From Azolla caroliniana (lineage: Eukaryota; Plantae; Polypodiophyta), in the NCBI GenBank assembly GCA_043228905.1, contig JBHGNT010000602.1:1-19504 (forward strand): a DNA stretch of 19,504 bases. The letters run 5' to 3'. The notes beneath the pieces were generated by a model. The model saw only the letters and a list, made by a program, of their open reading frames with translations. It had not been told where the DNA came from and made no database searches. Below are positions 1 to 9,486 of this stretch, one piece after another. Each line of letters opens with the position of its first letter. Positions within the stretch are counted from its first letter, which is position 1. The translations under genes were made by a program, and so were the position numbers.

Positions 1-115
1 GGGGATATGAATGTAATTTAGTTTTTTGGGCGCGTATATTTGCTACCATGTAATTAAATTTAGTATTTTTTCGGTGTGCAAAGCAATTAACTTATAAATG
101 CATCATTTATAAGAA

Positions 116-135
116 AATAATAATAATAATAATAA
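116..135. repeat. Short (AAT)n microsatellite
   Basis: About six AAT units. Confidence 0.8.
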
Positions 136-1148
136 TCAAACTCTGGGAGGAAATGGGAAAGGTATTCAAGTATTTAATATTTTAGTTGTTTTAAAGATCA
201 ATATGTTTTTAATGGTTTAAAAAACGGAAATAGTATTATTCATACGAATTAGATTAAACTGTTTTCCTTAAATCCTTTGTGGTAGTCGGTAATATGTTAT
301 TTATCGATTTAAAAAGAATAGTCAGCAATATGTGTCGAACCGCATAAAGAAAATTATCTGTGTCGGTCAGGCCACTGAACTTTTTTATATACCTGGTGAT
401 TAAATACACTTCTTTGCCAAATAATCGTTTGAATGATAGAAAACAGACTTGGAAGGTAATTAAAATGAGACGAGTTATCAGAAAGAATTTCGGCACATCA
501 AAATCTAGATAAAATGAGCTTTTTTTGCATTTAGTTTTTAAAGGATAAAAACCCATGGAAAAATAAAATATACACCTTTAAATAGACAAATAAAAACTAG
601 TCCAAATATTTTCTAGTATATTTTAAAACGATGTAAAAAACGTCTATATAACACAATAACCATATAATATGTGTCAGTTGTTACAAGACAAATACCAATC
701 TGATGAAAAAATGGAAGAATAAAAAGGGAAGGTAAAGAATTTTGTAATACCTTTTTTTATTACAATAAAGGCATTATTATTATTATTAGCAAGCATGCAA
801 AATTAATGAATGTTTTAATTATATCATAACATTTTTGGCATCATTGACAAAATATTTATATTCGCTGTCTAATATATGCATACCTTAGATGTTTTTACAT
901 ATCTTGGTTTTGAGTAGTAGAAACCCAATTTTCATTTATTTTTTTTTAATATTCGCTCGTCTCTTGGTTCTCCTTTAGTCTATCTACCATATTCTCTCCT
1001 TGCATATAACTAGCCAATCGGTCACAATTTATATTTAGGGAATTTTTTATTCTATAATACCCCTAGTTCTCCTTGGTATATTATTATTCTTGATTTTATC
1101 TTTTGGAAATATTTTAAGCATCGATAACTCTATCTTGACTGGTGACTA

Positions 1149-1294
1149 CCATAACAAGTTTTGTTGGCATCAAACCAGAAAATTAGTCCGACGCGCCATC
1201 TACCGTTCAAGCATGAAGAACAATATTCCTAGTATTTTCAATACATTTCGGCTGTGTCTGTGACTCTTTTTGATCCTACTTTGGAATTGTTGCT
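1149..1294. repeat. Diverged fragments related to the dispersed family
   Basis: 1149-1202 (CCATAAC...TTTTGTTGGCATCAAACCAGAAAATTAGTCCGACGCGCCATCTA) is the reverse complement of ~17308-17366 and resembles ~8789-8833; ~1256-1294 (GTCTGTGAC...ACTTTGGAATTGTTGCT) matches ~17378-17416. Confidence 0.7.
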
Positions 1295-1399
1295 TCACTG
1301 AATCCGTCGGCGCCATTTTTTTTGTTTTTGAATTTTAACATTATGTTCATGTTGTCTGTCTTTTAAGGTACTATATTTGTAATAACCTTATCTATCTAT

Positions 1400-2330
1400 C
1401 TTTGAACTCAGGTCGGCCCTTTGTGCTAACCCCCGGTGAGCGTAATTCATTCTGTAAGTCCTATCCTTCGTAGGAAGGACAAGATCCTAACAGGATGAAT
1501 TCGCCTGATCTCCTCCGGCTCTAGGAATCTATCGCCAAGATGGCGGTGCCTACTGTTGACCAGTACGTCGCAAAGGCAAGTCAGATGCTCTGTGGTTTCG
1601 TCCTCCTCGCCGCAGAACCTACAATCGGGCTCATTGCTGAGTCCGATGTTGTATAGGTGGTAATTGACCAACGAGTGTCCTGTCAGGACTCCTACGAAGG
1701 CTCTAAGCTGATTTCTGTTTGAACTCAGTAATCTTTTAACTTCAGCCCTGTCCATTGGATCTAGAATAAAGGTCCTGGACTGTCTTAGTCTTTCCTGCTG
1801 GTTCCATTCTTCACGGAATTTGGAAGTGATCCATTTCCGTATGAAGGTTTTTGCAGTTGATTGGGCAATTCCAAACACGGGTTCTCGCCCAATGAAAGTC
1901 ATTTTGCTGCCCTCTCGAGCCAGATTGTCCGCCTCCTCATTGTCAGTGTGACCTGGCACCCAGATGAGACTGACCTTATTGGATAGGGAAAGTCGGTCTA
2001 ATGCATTTTTGCATTCAAGCGTTATAGCCGAGCAGACCTTTGCTTTCGTTAAAGCCTTAAGTGCTGCCTGGCTGTCGCTGCAAAAACATATATTGTATAT
2101 ATGTTTTTGTTTGAGTATCCCCTTGTTAGGTTCTCTCTCACGCAGGCTGTGATAGCAGCTATCTCGGCCTGATATACCGTGGCATATTGTCCAAGGGATA
2201 GACTTATCTTGACTCTTGGGCTATGTCCGTAGATTCCTGCACCTGCTTTCCCATTCATCAATGAGCCATCTGTATACCAGATAAGCCCTTCAGGTCTGAG
2301 AAAGTCTGAAGGAATTATTACTTTGACCAT
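1400..2330 (-). mobile_element. 5'-truncated, decayed non-LTR retrotransposon fragment (RNase H plus C-terminal CCHC knuckle; probably LOA/I group)
   Basis: ORF 2049-2330 has WYTDGS and ATVYQAEIAAI; after a frameshift near 2081-2109 the frame reads CSDSQAALKAL...SLIWVPGHTDNEEADNLAREGS into ORF 1447-1959, which has LTGH and CRFC..EDETTEHLTCLC. Higher GC than flanks. No RT domain. Boundaries approximate, no clear TSD. Confidence 0.9.
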
Positions 2331-2734
2331 ATAGAATAATCAACTATTTTTAGCAATTTATCAATATCTATATTTACGAAAAAATATTACCAAAAACATC
2401 AAAATATTTTCACCATTTATTTTTCTGCATTAATGCCTTTATCGTTTGTTTCTTTACAGCTGAAACTACACGATATCTGTCCAAAATCGTGTTACTCCGA
2501 AAATGTTTTATCAATAACGACACTACCGGGATCTCATAAAGTTCTTTGGCCAAATCTTTTATTACGCATAAATACTTTATTTTTCATCAAATCGAAAAGG
2601 CGGTGAGCTATAAAGATAAATATTTTTTCTAAATCTTTTATGGCTGTGCTTTTTTTGGTCCGCAAAAGAAATGGCGGGATAAAAATGTAATATACACTGT
2701 TTCGTGAAATAAAAAAGTGGTGGTTTTGAAATTT

Positions 2735-3240
2735 TCGTCGTATCTTTGACTTTGAGCAATCATATCTTCCCTAATCGTTGAGATATTTATTTTAAATTTT
2801 AATATAATTTACTTCAATTTAACCTTAATCGACCTACCAAAAAAGATTTAGGCTAAATTTTTTACCACAGCGATTGGTTTAATGGTCTGCATTCTTACGT
2901 TTCTAGTTTCGATTTTGAGCGATAATATTTTTCTTAATCATTACGATATTTATTTCAAATTTTAATATGACTTTATTCTACCCTTCTGGCCATTTGGTTT
3001 AAGCCAGCGCCAATAACATATTACACACACACATTCTACCATTACTTGACCAACATACACAGATTTAAGCTAAGCTGTTTAGTTTTTTTAGAATAGCGAT
3101 TGGTTTAAAGGTCTGTATTCTTATGTTTCTAGTTTCGTCATATCTTTGACTTTGAGCGATAATATCTTCCTTAATCGTTGAGATATTTATTGAAAATTTT
3201 AATATGACTTGCTGCAATCTACCCTTAATTGACCAACATA
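2735..3240. repeat. Diverged tandem repeat (~2.5 units) related to the 182-bp family
   Basis: TATCTTTGACTTTGAGC at 2741 and 3141, TTTGAGC at 2914, each followed by TAT(C/T)TT(C/T)C..AATC.TT..GATATTTATT; GATTTA.GCTAA and AGCGATTGGTTTAA.GGTCTG.ATTCTTA.GTTTCTAGTTTCG occur twice. Confidence 0.8.
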
Positions 3241-4626
3241 AACAGCTACTAACAAAAAACCAAGTAACAAACTAATGGGATTTTCTTGGCTTCTCATACA
3301 TTTTCATTGTTCTGAAAGATTTACCAATAATCCATCTAATTCTAGAAAACAACAATAGTGACTAAAGTATTAAACGATGCTTTTTTTTCGAACATGGATT
3401 TAACAATACATCGTGACTATCATAAACAAACTTTAATATAGTAGTATATAAAAAATATTTTTGGCACAATATTAAAAATAGTCACATTTGGTCAAGTTGT
3501 AGTTTGGATAAAATGTTGAAAAATTTTTTAGTTGTTGATTAAATATGCGCAAAATATTTTATTAATCAATATCATCAAACAATCAAACGTACATTGACCT
3601 TTCGCCCCAATCATTTTAGCAAAACTGCCTAATGCGGACTTGTAAGTCATGACAAAAAAAACCCCAAAGTTATATTTTATTTGTTGTTACCTAATCCAAT
3701 CATAATCGTTTTATTTGAGTGGAACACGAACTTTCTTTATTTTTATTAATAGCAATGGACGGGTTCCTTATGGGGATAAGGTTTGAATTATTCGAATGTC
3801 TGCGTTAAGTTTTTTATTTTTCTCATTTAAAAGAAAGTTATTTAGTTTTGTCGTACCTTTTAGATTTAAAAATATTACTTTTGTTAATATGGACGTGCCT
3901 GCTTGCGTGCGTATATATGTATATAGATCTATTTATTTCTTTAGTTAATTACATCGTTTCTATTTTCGTTATTTCCTTTTATTTGCGCGTGGTATATGGC
4001 GTCAAGAAATTTTTTGTCGTAATTTTTTGCCTCTCATTATTGCAATCTATCTCAATTTAATAATTCATATACTTACTATTCTGTACAAATATCTATATAA
4101 ATTTTTACTGGTTAGGTAAAATAGGGAGCGGTTTTCCCCGGAAAATTTAAACCAATTTTCCATTCAAATCATGTACGTGTTACCACACAACTTGTAGCTA
4201 TTCTCGATCTAGGTCGAATCTTATTAGATTACCTAGGTGTAGGTATTTTGTTCTTATACCACTAATAAAAAAGATAGTAAATAACTAACATTTTCCAATA
4301 AAAGCTCTTCAATTTTTTTAAAATGGTTCTGTACTAGGTATAAAATCGAGATACATCACAGGCATTTTCTGTCAACAATGGATTCGGTGAAAGTTGTCAC
4401 CCACACTGTCTAAAAGAAATTTGGCAAAAGCTCCAAAAGAAAAAAAATAAAATACAGGGAAAGACGTATTAACTTGCAAGATTGAGAATGTATTTGCTTG
4501 TCACCAGGATATGGTTGTATCCTACATTTTATAAACTTGAATGTCTTTGGTCCCAGTATTAAACTACAGAGAATATGAATAAAAGATATTTTATTAAAGA
4601 ATAAAAAAGTCGATTTAACAATGTGG

Positions 4627-4780
4627 AATTGGTCTGACGCGCCATCTACCATTAACCGTAGAAATCAAGGCAAACAGAGACATCTAGCAGACAGTTCCAA
4701 AGTACCGGTAGTAGAATGGTGTTGGGATAAAATCTCACAAATATAGGTTTGGTTTCCTACCAAACTGTAGAGATTTAACA
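4627..4780. repeat. Rearranged copy of the same dispersed family
   Basis: 4632-4703 is the reverse complement of ~8734-8805; 4704-~4778 (ACCGGTAGTAG...AAATCTCACAAATATAGGTTTGG...CTACCAAACTGTAGA) matches 8912-~8985 directly. Confidence 0.8.
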
Positions 4781-6583
4781 GTGGTTAGATACAGATTGAT
4801 GTTGTTAGCCGTAATATTCTATTTTGTTATGTTATGTTACATAATCCAGTAGGAAATATTAAGTTCTTATTGTTAATATGTCATGATTAATGCAGAGCTC
4901 ATAGAGTTTACCATTAAAAACAAATGGTGGAAAAAAAGTAATAAAGGGTTTTCAGCTTGGTTACCAAAAAGATTGCCAACAGAACAGATCGACAAGGGTT
5001 TTCAAGGGTTTTTTATATTAGCTTTTGCACATAAACTGTATAAATATTTGGACATATTTTTTATTCGTTTAATTTTAAACCTATAATTTCAATGATGAAT
5101 AACTTGTGTAATATAGTACCACATTTCAAGTATAGCAATACCATATATTTTCACGGACACATACAAGCAGAAATCTTCTATTAATCATGGCGCATATTAG
5201 TGTGTAACACTAAAAATGGTTTATACAGAGTACTTTTTTGTCCCATGTAAATATTTATTACTTATTACAACGTCCATTAATTACATTTCCACTGTAAAAA
5301 TCAGGTTACTCCTTTGATTGTTAGATCTCAAGCGAATTTCTCCCTTAATGTTCCCTACTCAAACAACGTATGCTAGCATACAAATTTAGACAGCAAGTGT
5401 TACAAACACAAGGGATAGGTCATCCAACATATGGGATTTGTACTTCGTTATTGGGACAATAGACCACATTGTTATGTATTGTCTACATTTGTATATCCAT
5501 GTTTTTATAGTTAACTCTATAAATAAAAAATTAAAAACAATAGTGTTTTTTTTCAATTAGTCGTGTAATTAAATTACGTGCTTTGGTAAACAATAAAATT
5601 ATTATTGCATCATATGATTTTTTAGAAAAAGTCGTATTACTATTTTTTTATTAATAAGACGTGTCAGAACCATACATACGTTAAAGTCATTTTTTAATGT
5701 ATTAATTATTCATCATTTGCAGTGGTTCTTAAAAAAAATAACAGCAACTTTTTTTTTCCTTTACAATTATAATAACACCTGCACAAATAAAAAAAACCCT
5801 TATGAGTTGTGTATTTTTCCAAGTTGAAGTTTTAAAAAAGGACGAAGTATGTCAAGTTATTTTAACAAGAGCATCTTTAAACTTATGAATGTAGTGTGTA
5901 CATGACTAGGATTATCTTTATGTTTATAGTATTACTTGAAATGTTAGTGTCAAAGGTGCAAGATCCTGCACGTACCTACTTTACAAGATTGTAATTAATA
6001 TTTAAATAAATAAACACTCATTTGTTATTAAAATCAATTTTGAAAATATTTAATTCAGTTGGTATTAATAAATTATTTTTAAAGATGACATTAATTTGTT
6101 ATTCGCCGAGCTATTACAAAAAATACGGTTTACCAAAACGTTGGGACTTTAAGCTACCACTATCTTGGCCTGTTTTAATAATAATATCAAGTTGATTCAT
6201 TCCCTCATAAAAGTCGAACTACTGTATCTTATTTCTGCTCAGTAAAACCTCTCAAATTGCCTACAGTTTGAATACAGCACTCCAAAAAGAATAGTAAGAA
6301 ACTACCAAGTTAACAAAAAAAAAGTTTTAATAGGAAAGCAATTGTAAACGACCAAAACTATTTAATTTCCATTTGGATCCAGATCCGGTTCTGTTGGTTT
6401 ATTTATATGTATTTCCACTTAAAAGCATCTGTCAAACATAACATAATCTTTTCTTCACCTTGCTTTGTAATAGGAAAATGCCTGTAAATAGAATTATTTA
6501 AATAAACGTTTTAAGTAGCACCAATTGTATACGTTGAAGACGATTAAGTGTGAACTAATAATTTATTAAATTTATTTTTCCAG

Positions 6584-6762
6584 ATCCATTTAGCTACGCA
6601 CTTGGCGTCAGCTTTGATAGATCCGGCCGAAGAAGCTTTAAGACAAAGAGAAATCGCGCCGTTGCCTCTTCTTGATCGAGCCAAACATGCCCATGTAATC
6701 GAATGCGGAATTTGTCATCTTTGCAATATACAGGTCACGAGTTCTCGAACCAAACATTGTAG
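6584..6762 (+). CDS. ZDHHC1/11: DHHC palmitoyltransferase (ZDHHC1/ZDHHC11-like), internal exon A (end of TM2 and first half of the Cys-rich domain)
   Basis: Pyrimidine tract plus cag at 6581-6583; donor AG|gtaaga at 6763. Translates IHLATHLASALIDPAEEALRQREIAPLPLLDRAKHAHVIECGICHLCNIQVTSSRTKHC(S); DP...HAHVIE..C.LC...SRTKHC is typical of ZDHHC1/11. 179 nt, ends in phase 2. Absent from the ORF track. Confidence 0.93.
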
Positions 6763-7269
6763 GTAAGAGTAAATTAGTTTTCATAATTAAATGGTTTATT
6801 AATAGCATTTGTAGTCGTTTGTCATAATTTTTTGGGATATGATAACTAATTTATTTGTAGCTGAATACGTTGGCAAGAGATTATATTTCTTGTCTAAAAC
6901 ATTCCTTGTCATCACTAATAAAAAATATAATTTGAATTATATGGTTTGTTTAATGCCATTTAATTTTAATAATTATTGTCAAACCATTGAGTATTTTGGC
7001 TTACCATTGCTAAACCTATTATTCTTATGATCGCTGGTAAAACTGGTATCTATTTTTTGTATAACTATACCTAATCCTTCTTTTTGAGTATTGTTTTATT
7101 AATTATAGGTTACAAATAGTAAAAAAGTCATGTACATATTTTAATGTAATATGTTTAAATTGCAATTGATTTTTTTTCGGTTCTGTAACTGTTCTCCCAA
7201 GTTAACTAATAGGTTGTTTTTAGAACTAATAAATTATTTTTTCCTAAAGATACACTTCTGTTTTTTCAG

Positions 7270-7471
7270 TGCTTGTAACAAATGCGTATCTGATTTCGAC
7301 CACCACTGCAAGTGGCTAAACCACTGCATCGGCGGCCGAAACTACGGTTCCTTTCTCATGTGCGTTTCGAGCGCGGTGGCGGCGGCTGCTCTGGTGGCAG
7401 CTCTGGCTGTAGCCAATCTGCTCTATCATTATTTAGTGCAAGACGTGCCGAGAGAAGAGGACATTTTAAAG
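7270..7471 (+). CDS. ZDHHC1/11: DHHC palmitoyltransferase exon B (catalytic DHHC motif and TM3)
   Basis: ttttttcag acceptor ending 7269; AG+T rebuilds Ser in frame with exon A; [52 protein letters not shown]...EEDILK; donor AAG|gtaaac at 7472, phase 0. Confidence 0.96.
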
Positions 7472-7937
7472 GTAAACCGTATTTTTAGCTACAGTAGAAA
7501 TCAATTTGATGTCTTTGGACCGTTCCGGTCTCGCCTCCAGACGGACCAAGTTCGATACTCGATTGATTTATCGATCGTCATTTCTCGGAAAGTAATGATT
7601 AACCATCGTGTGCCTAGGAACATTCTATTTGGATTATTAGGCCCAATTTTTAAGAGTACATTTATCGGCTCTTAGTGTCATTTGACACGTTTCAGACTGG
7701 ATTTTAATTAATTTTACAATTTCTTACAAATATTTCTGCTGTTAAAGAAAATCAGAGTAAAATTTGGTGGCAGTAGCAAAGTATTGGATTTTACTTTACA
7801 TATTGTATTTTTTTTTCAATCCGAAGCTTTTAATGAAAAAAATAAATACATTGATTGATATTCCTTGATGGCTTTGGCAATGGTTTACTTTTTTGGCTAA
7901 GGTGGAGTGAAGTTTAAAATTAATGTCACAATGTTTC

Positions 7938-7992
7938 GTCGCTAGATGTCTCTGTCTCGCCTTGACTTCTACCGTTAATGGTAGATGGCGTG
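7938..7992 (+). repeat. Short fragment of the same dispersed family
   Basis: GTCGCTAGATGTCTCTGTCTCGCCTTGACTTCTACCGTTAATGGTAGATGGCG is nearly identical to 8745-8797. Confidence 0.85.
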
Positions 7993-8464
7993 TGTAAAAG
8001 AATCGGATCTACTTTAGCTTCAGATGCTTGAATTTAAACAACACAAAAATTGATATTTATGGGAACAAAAAAATCGTTTTCATCTTAAAACTAGTAATCA
8101 CATTCGACATTGCCCCACTTTCGAAATAAATTTCAAAAGCAATTGTCTTCCGAGTCAAGTATAATAGACGTCCTTTTGAATTATGGATACTCTACCTACT
8201 TTTAAGTTTCGAGCGCCTCGCGAATAAAACTGCCGCGACGTGATGCCGAACGGCCGCATCGAGCCTCTTTAAGATCCTTTTATCGGGATATGAAAGGGTA
8301 ATGGGATTAAACGAGCCAAATAGTTTGTTTAGCAAGATTTCTAATTTATAACTTTTTTTTAACTTTACACAATACCAATTGAATACTCAGTAGAAATGCT
8401 CAAATCCTAACATTGTAGTAACCTTAAAGCAACTTATATTTGTGAGATTTCATCGTAACGACAT

Positions 8465-8505
8465 CTTACTACCAGTTTCAAACTGTCAGTTTGTCATCAG
8501 GCAAG
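8465..8505 (-). ncRNA. Hammerhead-like motif, variant copy
   Basis: Reverse complement reads cttgc CTGATGA c aaact gac agttt GAAA CTGG TA gtaag: core bases present, but one extra C before stem II and an imperfect stem III palindrome. Confidence 0.6.
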
Positions 8506-8544
8506 TTAGTCGAAGGATGAATATCTCTCAAAAGTTCACATACT

Positions 8545-8584
8545 GCCCTGATGAGAACTGATATAGTTCAAAACCGGCAGTAAG
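8545..8584 (+). ncRNA. Degenerate hammerhead-like motif, probably inactive
   Basis: CTGATGA 8548-8554, stem II gaact/agttc, then AAAA instead of GAAA and CCGGCA instead of CCGGTA; 5' strand of stem I is lost. Confidence 0.55.
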
Positions 8585-8881
8585 ATGTCGTTAGGACGAA
8601 ATCTCTCAAATATAGGTTTAGGTTTCTACCAAACTATAGATTTTTAATCTTCTCGCTCAAGTATGAAGCGCAACATTCCCCGTGTTTTCAACACGTCTCG
8701 GATAAAATCTCGATCCGTCACACATTTCGTCCGACTTTGGAACTGTCGCTAGATGTCTCTGTCTCGCCTTAATTTCTACCGTTAATGGTAGATGGCGCGT
8801 CAGACTAATTTGAAACTGTTTGATACCAACAAATATTCGTTAAGTATAGGAACTTTTGAGATATATTCATCGTTTGACTAG

Positions 8882-8923
8882 CTTGCCTGATGAAAACTGG
8901 CATAGTTTGAAACCGGTAGTAAG
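8882..8923 (+). ncRNA. Minimal type I hammerhead ribozyme motif, core intact
   Basis: Stem I cttgc (8882-8886)/gtaag (8919-8923, one G-U); CTGATGA 8887-8893; stem II aaact/agttt with 5-nt loop; GAAA 8909-8912; palindromic ACCGGT stem III; predicted cleavage after GUA at 8918. Confidence 0.75.
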
Positions 8924-9442
8924 ATGTCGTTAGGATGAAATCTTTCAAATATAGGTTTGGTGGCTACCAAACTGTAGATTTTTTAATATTAAAGTGAAAC
9001 AGTTTATTATTTTTCCAGAGTTAAGCCAATGGGTCTTTTGATTAACAGGGTAGCAAAAAAATACGTCATATTCATTTTACTACCTTGAAATATGTTGGCT
9101 CTTTGAAGCTAGATTTTGTACGTAATAGTATAAGAAAATATATTTTGCTAAAATATTTTCTGTTATCTTTATCAAGCCCTATGCCCTAAATTAAAACAAA
9201 AAAAGTAAATTAAAACGCCTTTTTTTGGACTATTTGATGTTTTACTTGAACGCTGATAATCTCATGAATGTAGTTCAAAAATATGTTGCATACTGATTCA
9301 CAGTTTTTGTAATACAGAGGATTCTTTAAAACCAACGGCCCAGATGCTCACTCAAAAAGGTGTAAAATTAGATTACATCCCTGTTTAAAACCTTAGCAAG
9401 AGACACATAGTACCAGCTATATAAAAAAAAGACAAAGACAAC

Positions 9443-9486
9443 ATTTGCAAAGACAAAAAAATTCCATTTTTTTTGTCTTTGCAAAT
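9443..9486. other. Perfect 19-bp inverted repeat with 6-nt spacer
   Basis: ATTTGCAAAGACAAAAAAA (9443-9461), TTCCAT, TTTTTTTGTCTTTGCAAAT (9468-9486). Confidence 0.9.

Larger units (their letters stand above)
8402..8990. mobile_element. Cluster of partial copies of a hammerhead-bearing repeat, probably non-autonomous Penelope-like element termini
   Basis: Minus copy ~8402-8544, plus copy 8545-~8646, longer plus copy ~8730-8990; all share GTAAGATGTCGTTA.GA.GAAATCT..CAAATATA.GTT. Class is inferred from the minimal hammerhead and inverted partial copies; no RT or GIY-YIG coding sequence seen. Confidence 0.65.

Noticed and set aside
254-556. 100-aa minus ORF and other short ORFs (2577, 3848, 4410, 4883, 6839, 10383, 12439, 16793, 18369, 19071)
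   Set aside because: F/I/K/L-rich translations expected from AT-rich non-coding DNA; no motifs.
700-725. CTGATGA as another hammerhead core (also CTGACGA at ~9919)
   Set aside because: No stem II followed by GAAA and no stem I partner.
1964-2152. 62-aa plus-strand ORF
   Set aside because: Antisense shadow of the retrotransposon RNase H region.
1385-2350. Target-site duplication or tail for the LINE fragment
   Set aside because: No matching flanking duplication or clear poly(A)/(TAA)n tail found by eye.
7151-7675. 174-aa ORF as a complete gene
   Set aside because: Only 7270-7471 is DHHC-like and bounded by splice sites; the rest is intron read-through.
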